Under the pieces are notes generated by a model, which saw only the letters and a program-made list of their open reading frames with translations, did no database searches and was not told where the DNA came from. Below are positions 12,002 to 21,331 of a stretch of 64,000 nucleotides of DNA, piece by piece. The stretch is taken from positions 10,446-74,445 of the forward strand of contig JBBRAE010000012.1 of assembly GCA_038207085.1 (NCBI GenBank), in the 5' to 3' direction. Origin of the DNA: Armatimonadota bacterium. Lineage in GTDB: Bacteria; Armatimonadota; UBA5829; DTLH01. A program made the translations under genes and the position numbers. Each line of letters begins with the position of its first letter. The stretch's first letter is position 1.

Positions 12002-13204
12002 TTACCAGTCGCTGTCCCCGAGGCCGAAGACATCGTCCCCTATGTCGCCAATGAGCACACGCCCGCCGGTCATCTTGGCGCTGACGATCGCTATGTCATC
12101 GCGAGCGCCGTCTATGGTGATGCTTTGGATGTGCTCACAGATGCGGTCAACCATGTCCTGGGCGTCGAGGTGGGCGTAGGATCTCGCGATGTCGGCGAAT
12201 CGCTCTTCGCCGATTCTCTCGCCTGAGGTCATCTTGGACTCCGTTGCGCCGTCGGTGTAGAGCACGAGCACGTCGCCGTCGCGCATAACGGCGGTGGATG
12301 TCAGGTCTTGCGAGAACGAGTCTGAAACCGCGAGAATCGGCGCGGTCGGGCCTAGCAGGTCTATCACGTCGGAGCTGCGCCGGTAAATGAGACCTTCGAG
12401 GTGTCCGGCGTTGGCGTAATGCACCCTGCCGCTCCCAGGCTCGATCTCAGCATAGAAAAGCGTCACAAAGCGCTCGTCAGGAAGCCCCCGGCATAGCGCA
12501 GGGTTGAGATAACTGACCACTTCCCCACCCCGCAGGCCTCTGCGGTGAGCGTCCTTCAACAGATACTTGAGAAGCGCGGTGAAAAGCGCGGCGGGAGTAC
12601 CTTTGCCGGAGATGTCACCGACGCAGACATAGACTCGGCCGTCTATCAATCCTACGTCGACGAAGTCACCGCCTACTCGAAAGGCATTCTGGAGCCGCGC
12701 GCCGACCTCACAGCCCGGAACCGATGGCAATTCAAACGCAAGCAGCGCCTCCTGGAGCATGCCACCGGCGGAGGCGTCTTCATCGAGGCGATCATAGGTG
12801 TGCCTGAGCTCGACGTTGACCCTCTCAAGCTCCTCGGCGGATCGTCGCGCCGCCCGGTTGCTCTGGGCGAGGCGGACTGTGACTTCGGCCACAAACAGGT
12901 AGACGAAGAACCGCACGATAACCGAACTCACCGCCTGCAGTGGGTCCTGGTCACCGAGACGGATCAGCGAGATGTGGTCCAGGCACGTGGGAATCTCGGC
13001 AAACACCGCAGTCGACAGCGCTCCGCCCCTGCCAATCGCCCACGCGGCGAACGTTATCGGCAGAAAATACACGATCGAAAAGTCGATCGTCGGCCCGGTC
13101 ACGTAGTCGAGGAATGTCACGATGGCCAGAAGCGCGAGCGTGAGCAATACAGGCCTGATCTGACTCTTCATTTGAGAGTTTTGAAGCGGGTCGAGGTATT
13201 TCAT
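12002..13204 (-). CDS. Membrane-bound PP2C/SpoIIE (RsbU-like) Ser/Thr phosphatase
   Basis: N-terminal TM bundle, coiled coil, then VGGDF, GDISGKG, NAGH, YTDG..E, DDIA. Confidence 0.9.
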   Translation of the reverse strand: MKYLDPLQNSQMKSQIRPVLLTLALLAIVTFLDYVTGPTIDFSIVYFLPITFAAWAIGRGGALSTAVFAEIPTCLDHISLIRLGDQDPLQAVSSVIVRFFVYLFVAEVTVRLAQSNRAARRSAEELERVNVELRHTYDRLDEDASAGGMLQEALLAFELPSVPGCEVGARLQNAFRVGGDFVDVGLIDGRVYVCVGDISGKGTPAALFTALLKYLLKDAHRRGLRGGEVVSYLNPALCRGLPDERFVTLFYAEIEPGSGRVHYANAGHLEGLIYRRSSDVIDLLGPTAPILAVSDSFSQDLTSTAVMRDGDVLVLYTDGATESKMTSGERIGEERFADIARSYAHLDAQDMVDRICEHIQSITIDGARDDIAIVSAKMTGGRVLIGDIGDDVFGLGDSDW

Positions 13205-13264
13205 ATCACTTAGAATACGACCGTATTGCAGAGAGGGGTTCCACCAACTGCGAGAAATAAACAG

Positions 13265-13298
13265 CCGGCTTCCGGCCAGTGATACAGCCGGAAGCCGG
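13265..13298 (-). terminator. Stem-loop downstream of the 13313-13999 gene
   Basis: CCGGCTTCCGGC / GCCGGAAGCCGG 12-bp stem. Confidence 0.65.
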
Positions 13299-13312
13299 TG
13301 ATATAAGGGATG

Positions 13313-13999
13313 TTAGAATCGGAGCGCGTAACTTGCTCCAAATCCGATGCTATCGAAGTCGACCCAGCTCACGTCAAGCCGCAGATCTTTGGTAGCAGCA
13401 TAACGCAGGCCGAAGTTTACCATGTTATCTTCGTCAAGCGCTGATCCACCACTCAAGTACTCGGCCATCACGCTGAGCTTGGGATTGTATGTCCAGTCCA
13501 GCCCTGCAAAGAGCCCATCATAGAACCCGCTGCCAAACCCGAGTGTGCCTACAAGCGGCTTGGATTCGCCTGCTACTTCCGTTGCAGTCCGGGTCAGGTT
13601 CTTGCTTACCAAGATATAGAGCGTCGGATCGTCATCAAGTGCGTTTCCAAGAAGATCGATCACACCGACCGCCACCGCGGGCTTGGTGGCTGTCTCATCG
13701 ACGAAGCGCCACTTGCCGTTGATCGCAACCTCGTTGTCATTTTCAGTATCAACGCCTGAGATGCCGACTTCAACGTTGGGAAGCAGACCAAAGTGGCCGT
13801 GCCAAACGTTGAGATCAGAGTCTCCCCCACCAACGTTTAGATCCTGAATTGAGTGATACCCTACACTAAGACTGCCCTGGGGCACGGTCAGTGCATCGGG
13901 AGTCAGAATGTTGCCTGACGGTCCGAGATAACTTGGAGCCGCCATACCTGGAACCGCCAAAACGGCGACGAGTAAGCAATACGTACCTAATTTCTTCAT
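13313..13999 (-). CDS. Secreted beta-barrel-like protein (YjbH-like)
   Basis: Signal peptide MKKLGTYCLLVAVLAVPGMA after AGGAGG; GPSGNILTPDA; amphipathic strands; terminal Phe. Confidence 0.65.
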   Translation of the reverse strand: MKKLGTYCLLVAVLAVPGMAAPSYLGPSGNILTPDALTVPQGSLSVGYHSIQDLNVGGGDSDLNVWHGHFGLLPNVEVGISGVDTENDNEVAINGKWRFVDETATKPAVAVGVIDLLGNALDDDPTLYILVSKNLTRTATEVAGESKPLVGTLGFGSGFYDGLFAGLDWTYNPKLSVMAEYLSGGSALDEDNMVNFGLRYAATKDLRLDVSWVDFDSIGFGASYALRF

Positions 14000-14550
14000 C
14001 TCATTTTCCTCCTGAAGGAATTTTGCCGTCACCTGCACGGCGCTGTTAAGTCGCTACCTGACTACAGTTTTCCCCAAATGACATAAATTAACAGCCTAAC
14101 GGGGCAAAAAATAGTCACTTGCGCAGATTATTTTCACAGTCCGAGAATGACCAAGATTGTAAGCTCGGTGGCGCATAGCGCCAGCCCTTTCGCAGCCTTT
14201 GGCTGCTGTCACAGTGGCGCATGCGCCACCGGGGTCGACAGCGGCGCTAGCGCCGCGATAGACCTTTAAGAGACGGCGCAGATAGCGCCGTCGATTCTGT
14301 ATTGTGCCCTCCGGAAACACGTCACGGGCTCTCGTGTTCGCTTCTCGACCTCACTTGTCCAGATTGAATTGAACTGTATCCACACTATACCCAACTAGCT
14401 TTGCATTGAAATATAAGGTTATATGCTTCGCGCGCTTTATGATGGGGTATTAACATGTTATAATGGAGCACGTCAGGAGCTGCGGCAAGAATATGCTTGG
14501 CGCGGCGTTTTTGTGCGTACATATCCCGCCCAGACCAGGAGTTTTGATCT

Positions 14551-15249
14551 ATGAATCTCGAACAGGAGCAGCGTGACCACGGGTCAGGCGTCCTTATTGT
14601 TGTCGAAGGTATCGACGGATCGGGCAAGAGCACGCAGATCCACCTGCTGCACCGGTGGCTCGTAAGTGAGGGTTACAGGGTGTTTTTCAGCGAATGGAAC
14701 TCGTCTGAGCTCGTCAAAGGCACGACCAAACTCGGCAAGAAACGTAAGGCGCTTACACCGACCACCTTCAGCCTGATACATAGCACCGACTTCGCCGACC
14801 GCACCGAGCATCAGATCATTCCGGCGCTCAAGGCCGGCGCGATCGTGCTCGCCGACCGGTATGTGTACACCGCGTTTGCCCGCGATGTCGCACGAGGGGT
14901 CTCCCCCAAGTGGGTGCGCAACCTTTATGAGTTCAGCGTCAAACCCGACCTTGCGTTCTATTTCAGGGTGCCACTTGAAGTATCGCTCGACCGAATTCTC
15001 ACAGGCCGCGCCATGCTCAAATATTACGAAGCGGGGATGGACCTCGGACTTTCCCGAGACATCAACGAGAGCTTCAAGATCTTCCAGGAACGGATCATGA
15101 ACCAGTATGACTCGATGGTCGACGAGTTTGGCCTGACGGTGATCGACGGCACGCGCTCGATTGAAGAGCAGCAGGCCCAGATGCGCCGGATAGTGGCGGG
15201 TCATCTGAAAAACCATGATGACATATACGGCCCGGGAAGGAAGGAATAA
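14551..15249 (+). CDS. Thymidylate-kinase-like P-loop kinase, paralog 1
   Basis: EGIDGSGKST P-loop, DRY motif, PDL. Confidence 0.85.
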   Translation: MNLEQEQRDHGSGVLIVVEGIDGSGKSTQIHLLHRWLVSEGYRVFFSEWNSSELVKGTTKLGKKRKALTPTTFSLIHSTDFADRTEHQIIPALKAGAIVLADRYVYTAFARDVARGVSPKWVRNLYEFSVKPDLAFYFRVPLEVSLDRILTGRAMLKYYEAGMDLGLSRDINESFKIFQERIMNQYDSMVDEFGLTVIDGTRSIEEQQAQMRRIVAGHLKNHDDIYGPGRKE

Positions 15250-15250
15250 G

Positions 15251-15961
15251 ATGGCGCGTTTCAAGTTTTATGGCGAAGGCATTCCAGACGTCGACCTTGA
15301 GTCGCTTTCGGGGCGACTTATTGTGCTTGAGGGGCCGGACTCGGTGGGGAGATCCACCCAGCTTGCACTTGTGCGCGACTGGCTTGAAAGCCGGGGGCAC
15401 GCGGTCTCATACACCGGGCTCAGCCGCTCGGAGCTCACCCAGCAGGGGCTCGACCAGGCAAAAAGCGGGCATACGCTCGGCAGGAAGACCATGAGCCTGT
15501 TCTACGCGACCGACTTTGCTGACAGGCTCGAAAACCAGATAATTCCCGCGCTTCGGGCAGGGTATTACGTGCTTTCGGACAGGTATTTCTACTCCGTCTG
15601 CGCGCGCGACATCGTTCGAGGCGCAGACCGGGAGTGGCTCGAAGGGGTCTACGGAATCGCGCTTGTGCCGGATTTGACGCTTTACCTGAGAGCCGAAGCC
15701 GAAGACATAGTCCCGCGCGCGCTTTATGGCAAGGGGTTCAACTACTGGGAAGCCGGGATGGACCTTGCGCTTGGAGATAACCTGTACGACAGCTTCCTTG
15801 CGTATCAGGCGAGGGTGATCGAACAGCTCGACCGGATGGCCGAGGGCTATAACTTCGTCACCATCGACGCCTCACGCGAGCCGCAGGAGATTTTTACGGA
15901 CCTGCAAAACACCATCACGCCGATCCTGCCAAAGGAACTCGGCGCAGAGTTGGAGGTATAA
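15251..15961 (+). CDS. Thymidylate-kinase-like P-loop kinase, paralog 2 (atypical P-loop)
   Basis: EGPDSVGRST, DRY, YWEAGMDL; clearly paralogous to the upstream gene; ATG 15251. Confidence 0.85.
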   Translation: MARFKFYGEGIPDVDLESLSGRLIVLEGPDSVGRSTQLALVRDWLESRGHAVSYTGLSRSELTQQGLDQAKSGHTLGRKTMSLFYATDFADRLENQIIPALRAGYYVLSDRYFYSVCARDIVRGADREWLEGVYGIALVPDLTLYLRAEAEDIVPRALYGKGFNYWEAGMDLALGDNLYDSFLAYQARVIEQLDRMAEGYNFVTIDASREPQEIFTDLQNTITPILPKELGAELEV

Positions 15962-15964
15962 CAA

Positions 15965-17278
15965 TTGACTGATTCGCCGATTGAGATAACAGGAACGACA
16001 CCGCTTGGCGTCGCTGCACAGACGACCATCTCTGGGCTCACAAAGCAGATGATGGCGAACCTGCCCGGCACGCGTAGTGGCGCCGACATAGAGGCGCTTC
16101 ATGACATGCGAGTCGCATCAAGGCGGCTTCGGGCGGCGCTTCGGGGGTTTTGCGAGGCTTTTGCGCCGGAGGCGCTTAAGCCGGTGGCAGATGAGGTCGG
16201 CTCCGTAACGCGGGCGCTTGGAGAGGCGCGCGATCAGGACGTCTTTATTGAGTTTTTACAGGGCTACGCCCAGGCCAACCCAGACCAGATTATCGTCTGG
16301 CTGGTTGAGCGCGAGGAACGCATCCGCGACGGGGCGAGGCTGCGCCTGCTCGATGAGCTTGAGAGGCTCGAAGAGTCCGACATGCCGGGGATTATCTCTT
16401 CGCTTCTGTCGGGGGCGCAGTTGGTAAGCGAAGACGGCTACGCGAGCTCGTTTGCGGCCCACGCCGAGCCGCTTATCCGCCTCAGGATGTCAAAGCTAAA
16501 GTCGCTCGGCAAAGCGATACATGACCCCAAAAACGTCGCGGAGCTTCACCTGATGCGCATCGCCGCAAAGCGGCTTCGCTACAGTATGGAGCTTTTCGTC
16601 CCGGCGTTCGGCAAAGATATGAGCGACAAGATCTCCGATGTTAAGCTCCTGCAGGAGCAGCTTGGGACCGTCCACGACTGCGATGTCTGGGTCGACAAAC
16701 TAAATGGCTACCGCGAAGAGCCGGGCCTTGCTCCCGAGCGCCTCGCGGCGGTAGACGCGGTCATTGACGAGCGCACGAAGAAGCGACAGGAGACCTACGC
16801 CGAAGCGCTCGCGCACTGGTGCGGACTTGAGAAGTCGGGGTTTGATAAAGGTCTCGTGAAGCTTGTATCTACCAAGCCAGCCAAGGTAAAGAAAGCTAAT
16901 CAGGCGAAAGAAACGCCTGAAAGACCGGCAGTCGAAGCGCCAAAGCAGCGCGTGCCGAAAAAGAAGGAGACAATTATTATGCCCAAGCCTCCTACCGAAG
17001 TTGAACTTGCGCGCACGGCGGTCGAACAGGCTGCGTCAACGCTTCTGGTGGCGACATCTGGGTTTTCCAAGCTCGCAAAGCAGGTGGAACTGCTCGACGT
17101 GACACTTGTGGGGCTCCCCGAAGGCGATGCAAAGGTCGACAAGCGGCTGGCGAAGCTTCGGCAAGTGCTCGAAAGCCTGCCGCAGGATGGCGCAATCTCG
17201 GACAAAAAGGCTGAAAAGCTTGCAGAAGAGGTTCGTGCTATCCGAAAGAAGCTCGACGCGGACGGGAGCCAGTCCTGA
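15965..17278 (+). CDS. CHAD domain (polyphosphate-binding) protein with Lys-rich C-terminal extension
   Basis: EALHDMRVASRRLR, LGEARDQDV, LHLMRIAAKRLRY, QEQLGTVHDCDV. Confidence 0.9.
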   Translation: MTDSPIEITGTTPLGVAAQTTISGLTKQMMANLPGTRSGADIEALHDMRVASRRLRAALRGFCEAFAPEALKPVADEVGSVTRALGEARDQDVFIEFLQGYAQANPDQIIVWLVEREERIRDGARLRLLDELERLEESDMPGIISSLLSGAQLVSEDGYASSFAAHAEPLIRLRMSKLKSLGKAIHDPKNVAELHLMRIAAKRLRYSMELFVPAFGKDMSDKISDVKLLQEQLGTVHDCDVWVDKLNGYREEPGLAPERLAAVDAVIDERTKKRQETYAEALAHWCGLEKSGFDKGLVKLVSTKPAKVKKANQAKETPERPAVEAPKQRVPKKKETIIMPKPPTEVELARTAVEQAASTLLVATSGFSKLAKQVELLDVTLVGLPEGDAKVDKRLAKLRQVLESLPQDGAISDKKAEKLAEEVRAIRKKLDADGSQS

Positions 17279-18210
17279 TGGTCAGGATAGCTGCGGGCAT
17301 TGACGTGGGCACAAACTCGGTCAAGATCGCGGTCGGGAAGATCGAGCCCGATGGGGCGATCACCATTTTGCATGACTCAAGCGTAAACGTACGCCTTGGG
17401 GCGGGGTCGGATGCGACCAAGAGACTTCAGCCCGAGGGGCAGGAGCGGGCGATCGAGGCGCTCCGGGTACAGCTCGCCACCGCACGTGAGATGGACGTCG
17501 AAGCCGTGAGGCTCGTCGGCACAAGCGCGATCCGCGACGCCGAGAACCGTGATGAGTTTGTCGCCCGGGTCAAAAGTGAGCTTGGGGTCGAACTAGAACC
17601 GATCAGCGAGCAGGACGAGGCCCGATTGGCTTACCAGTCCGTCACTCTCGATCCAAAGCTCAGACACTACGACGGAGATCAGCTCGTGGTCGATATCGGC
17701 GGGGGTTCGACTGAGATGATATTCGGCAGGGGCGGCAAGACTACGCTTCGCGAGAGCCTGAAGATCGGCGCGGTGCGGCTGACGGAGCGGTTTCTCAAGC
17801 CCGAAAAAGGCCCTATCTCTCAGCTCGACGAGGCCGCCGCGTTTGCCGAGGAGATGATTGCTGAACTTTGCATTGGGATGAGCGTCGGCCGCGTCGTTGG
17901 GGTTGGAGGAAGCGTCGTCAACCTCGCACGGATGATGATGGAAGTGTCCGTCGATCACACAGAAGAGGTCCACACCGTCCCGATGAGCTACCGCGACATC
18001 CGCCAGTTGATGCACATGCTCTGCGCGCTTTCCCCCGAAGAGCGAAAGAAGCTCATCGGCCTTGAACCGGAGCGCGCGGATATCATCCTCGGCGGCACTG
18101 TGATTCTCGAGCGCCTGCTTGCGTTGCTTGGAGCTGAGAGTATCGTCGTCTCGACGCGCGGGCTCAGGCACGCGGTGCTTTACGAATTGTTGGGTAGCCA
18201 TGCCGGTTAA
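17278..18210 (+). CDS. Ppx/GppA phosphatase, short form (ASKHA domains only)
   Basis: IDVGTNS, TSAIRDA.N, EARL, DIGGGSTE, GAVRLTE, RADII. Confidence 0.9.
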   Translation: MVRIAAGIDVGTNSVKIAVGKIEPDGAITILHDSSVNVRLGAGSDATKRLQPEGQERAIEALRVQLATAREMDVEAVRLVGTSAIRDAENRDEFVARVKSELGVELEPISEQDEARLAYQSVTLDPKLRHYDGDQLVVDIGGGSTEMIFGRGGKTTLRESLKIGAVRLTERFLKPEKGPISQLDEAAAFAEEMIAELCIGMSVGRVVGVGGSVVNLARMMMEVSVDHTEEVHTVPMSYRDIRQLMHMLCALSPEERKKLIGLEPERADIILGGTVILERLLALLGAESIVVSTRGLRHAVLYELLGSHAG

Positions 18211-18787
18211 ACGAGCATCTATTGAGGCATTCGCCGCAGGTTTTGACCACGACTTCGACCACGCAAAGCAGGTCGCGAAGATTTCGGGGGAGATGTTCGA
18301 CGCCTGCCGTGAGCTGCATCGCCTGGGGAAACGCGAGCGCGAGCTATTGGTCTCCGCGGCGCTTCTGCACGACATCGGCTGGGTTGGCGGGCAGAAGAAA
18401 CACCACAAACGCTCACTTGAGCTTATACTTGAACACGGGATCGACGGGGCATCGAACCGGGACCTTGGGATCATCGCAAACGTCGCCCGCTACCACAGAA
18501 AGACGCTTCCCAAGCTCTCGCACGCCGATTTCGTTCGGCTTTCCTCCACCGATCGCAAGCTCGTGCAAAAGCTCGCAGCCCTGATCCGGGTCGCCGACGG
18601 ACTCGACCGCACCCACCAGAACCTGGTCTCAGTTTCGACCTGTTCGGTATCGGGAAACACTGCTATAATCGGTGTTGAAACGAGCGCCGACGCAAGCCCT
18701 GAGTTTGAGACGGCACGAGAGAAGTCGGACCTGTTTTGGGAAGTCTTTGGGCTTAAAGTCGAGTTTCTCTCAAGCAATGGCGGTTGA
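18200..18787 (+). CDS. HD-domain protein resembling the Ppx/GppA C-terminal domain
   Basis: H..QV, LLHDIG, HHKRS, ARYHRK, ADGLD; ATG 18200 overlaps the upstream stop. Confidence 0.85.
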   Translation: MPVKRASIEAFAAGFDHDFDHAKQVAKISGEMFDACRELHRLGKRERELLVSAALLHDIGWVGGQKKHHKRSLELILEHGIDGASNRDLGIIANVARYHRKTLPKLSHADFVRLSSTDRKLVQKLAALIRVADGLDRTHQNLVSVSTCSVSGNTAIIGVETSADASPEFETAREKSDLFWEVFGLKVEFLSSNGG

Positions 18788-18793
18788 CGGGAC

Positions 18794-18823
18794 AGGGCGA
18801 ACACATTGGTCCGCCCCTACGTT
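18794..18823 (-). repeat. GTAG-type REP-like palindrome, copy 2
   Basis: Reverse complement differs from 1031-1060 at one base. Confidence 0.7.
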
Positions 18824-18871
18824 TGGGATGGGCACAACGTCAGTTGAAACTCAGTAGATCGGCAGGATGCT

Positions 18872-20425
18872 ATGAGAACCATCGGGGCAATGGATATCGG
18901 CACAAACTCTATTCGGATGCTCGTAGTTCGGATCGAGGAGGGCCACGATTGCAGCGTGCTCTCGACCTACAAGGAGGTCGTTCGGCTCGGTGAGGGCGAG
19001 TTTACCCACAACAAGCTCACCCGTCCCGCTATGGAGCGGGGGCTTCTGGTCGTGCGCAAGTTCGCCGACATCGCCCGACGCTGGGGGGCCGAGAAGATCA
19101 TCGCCGTCGCCACTTCAGCCGTCCGGGAGGCCCAGAACCGAGGCGAGTTCGAGGAGCGTGCGCTCTCCGAGTGCGGAGTGGACGTTCGGGTCGTCTCAGG
19201 AGTTGAAGAGGCGCGGCTTATCTACCTCGGAGTGGTTTCGGGGGTCGACATCGGAAGCTCGCGGGGGATGTTCATCGACATCGGCGGCGGCACGACCGAG
19301 CTGATCATCGGCGACCACCGCGACTACCAGTTCCTCGACAGCCTGAAGCTCGGCGCGATCCGCCTCGCAAACATCTTCCTCGCGGGAGAAACCGGGCCCG
19401 TGAGCAAGAGGAAATACCGCCAGATGCTCGACTACTCCAGGGGGGTCTCGAACCTCGCCGTGCGCAAAGTCAACGAGATCGGCTTTGACCAGGCCTACGG
19501 CAGCTCCGGCACGATTATGAACCTCGCCGAAATCACCGCCAAACGCAAAGGCGCAAGCGTTTCGAGCATGCGCAACTTCAACTTGAAGTATGATGACCTC
19601 GCGGAGACGATTCAGATACTCTGTGGGCTTTCGGTTGAGGAGCGGAGGAACGTTCCAGGGATCAACCCCGAGCGCGCCGATATCATCATCAGCGGCGCGG
19701 CTGTGCTCGACTCGATCCTGACGAGCGTCGGCGCACCGAGCATCACCGTGAGCGGCCGCGCGCTTCGCGAGGGGATCGTGGTCGATTACCTATTTGAAGA
19801 AGAACACGTCCGCGAGGAGTTCTTGCAGATATCGGCGCGCGAGCGGAGCATCATGCAGCTTGCCCGCACTTGCCACTTCGAGGAGGGCCACGCCGTCCGG
19901 GTGCGCGACCTCGCCGTCTCGCTCTTCAGGCAGCTAAGAGATATGGGCCTGCACGCCTACGGTGACGTCGAAGAGGACCTGCTCAGGCACGCCTGCATAA
20001 CCCACGACATCGGCTCGTTCGTATCGCACACCAACCACAACAAGCACAGCTACTATCTTCTGAGAAACTGGGATTTGCTCGGTTTCGACGACGAAGAGAT
20101 CGAGATCATCGCGACGACTGCGCTATGCCACAGAAAGCTGACCCCCAAACAGGTGCGCGGCAAGAAGCTCGACGCCTCGGCGCTCAGGCTGGTTGAAGTG
20201 CTGACAAGCGTTCTGCAGGTCGCCGATTCGCTCGACATAAGCCAGCTCGACCTCGTAAACGATGTGGCCGTGCGAGACCACCGCGACGGCCGGATAATCC
20301 TCGAAATCTTCGCCAGGGGCGCATGCGAGCTTGAGATGTGGGCGCTTGAGCGCAAGAAACGGCTCTTTGAGCAGACGTTTGGCGTGAAGCTCGACGTAAG
20401 AGTTATTGTCGCTGGCGGCGGTTAG
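18872..20425 (+). CDS. ppx: Exopolyphosphatase Ppx/GppA, long form with HD domain
   Basis: DIGTNS, TSAVREA.N, SG.EEARL, DIGGGTTE, LREG, THDIG, ADSLD. Confidence 0.9.
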   Translation: MRTIGAMDIGTNSIRMLVVRIEEGHDCSVLSTYKEVVRLGEGEFTHNKLTRPAMERGLLVVRKFADIARRWGAEKIIAVATSAVREAQNRGEFEERALSECGVDVRVVSGVEEARLIYLGVVSGVDIGSSRGMFIDIGGGTTELIIGDHRDYQFLDSLKLGAIRLANIFLAGETGPVSKRKYRQMLDYSRGVSNLAVRKVNEIGFDQAYGSSGTIMNLAEITAKRKGASVSSMRNFNLKYDDLAETIQILCGLSVEERRNVPGINPERADIIISGAAVLDSILTSVGAPSITVSGRALREGIVVDYLFEEEHVREEFLQISARERSIMQLARTCHFEEGHAVRVRDLAVSLFRQLRDMGLHAYGDVEEDLLRHACITHDIGSFVSHTNHNKHSYYLLRNWDLLGFDDEEIEIIATTALCHRKLTPKQVRGKKLDASALRLVEVLTSVLQVADSLDISQLDLVNDVAVRDHRDGRIILEIFARGACELEMWALERKKRLFEQTFGVKLDVRVIVAGGG

Positions 20426-20620
20426 AGTCAGTTAGACTCGCAATGGCCGAGATCATTTACGAGATTGCTCCTGAGCGCAAAGAAGTATGAGGACTTTAGT
20501 CCGGGGAGTGGGCTTCTGCCGACTGAGCGGGAGTAAACTCCCTTGTTGTTCTTTGCGTGCGCGATGAATATCGCACACGATCACCGACGCGCCTTCGTCA
20601 GAGTTAGTTACACTCGGATA

Positions 20621-20649
20621 TTGACGGGGAATAATGATGGTGATACACT
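20621..20649 (+). promoter_or_regulatory. Putative sigma70 promoter of the TA operon
   Basis: TTGACG-N17-TACACT. Confidence 0.5.
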
Positions 20650-20680
20650 GTAACCACTAAGTGAGAACGCAGGTGCTACC

Positions 20681-20908
20681 ATGATCAAAAAACTGACCAA
20701 ACACGGCAATAGCGCGGCACTTGTCATCGACAAGGCGATACTGGACCTTTTGAATATCGACACGGATACGCCGCTTGAAATATCCACCGACGGGCGCGCG
20801 CTTATCATATCCCCGGTGCAGGATGATGAGCGACGGAAGAAGTTCCGTTCGGCTCTTGACGAGGTTAACCGCGAGTACTTCGACGTGCTTCGAGACTTGG
20901 CTAAATAG
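20681..20908 (+). CDS. AbrB/MazE-type antitoxin
   Basis: MIKKLTKHGNSAALVIDK swapped-hairpin motif; immediately upstream of doc. Confidence 0.88.
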   Translation: MIKKLTKHGNSAALVIDKAILDLLNIDTDTPLEISTDGRALIISPVQDDERRKKFRSALDEVNREYFDVLRDLAK

Positions 20909-20909
20909 A

Positions 20910-21296
20910 ATGGAACCGATATTCCTCGAACTCGACGAAATTCTTGAAATCCACACCGACGAGATCAACCTGCACGGAGGTTCGCTCGGCGTTCGCGATA
21001 CCGGGTTGTTGCTTTCAGCTATTGCGGCGCCAAGAGCGACATTTGGCGGCGAATACCTGCACACCGACGTGTTTGAGATGGCTGCAGCCTATTTGTTTCA
21101 CATCGTGCAGAATCATCCGTTTGTCGACGGCAACAAGCGGACGGGTGTTGCTGCGGCACTGGCTTTTCTAATTTTGAACGACGCACGAATAAGAGCGGAC
21201 AAGGAAGCGCTGAAGGAATTGGTTTGGAAACGGGCGCAAGGGCTGGTCGAAAAGAGCCACATTTCCGAGTTCTTCAGAAATTCGCGCGGAGCCTGA
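20910..21296 (+). CDS. doc: Doc (death-on-curing, Fic family) toxin
   Basis: HPFVDGNKRT Doc motif; GVRD.GLL.SA; ATG 20910. Confidence 0.92.
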   Translation: MEPIFLELDEILEIHTDEINLHGGSLGVRDTGLLLSAIAAPRATFGGEYLHTDVFEMAAAYLFHIVQNHPFVDGNKRTGVAAALAFLILNDARIRADKEALKELVWKRAQGLVEKSHISEFFRNSRGA

Positions 21297-21331
21297 TCGG
21301 CCTGCCACCTATAATGTAGAGGTAAACACAG

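Noticed and set aside
14096..14320. 74-aa ORF across the palindrome array
   Set aside because: No convincing RBS or protein features; the composition follows from the palindromes
15233..15250. GGAAGGAAGGAA RBS of the second kinase gene as a target of the sibling sRNAs
   Set aside because: Only about 8 nt of complementarity to a generic SD-like sequence; not distinguishable from chance without genome-wide prediction
20430..21300. TA pairs as markers of a prophage or integrative element
   Set aside because: No integrase, att-like repeats or other mobile genes flank either TA locus
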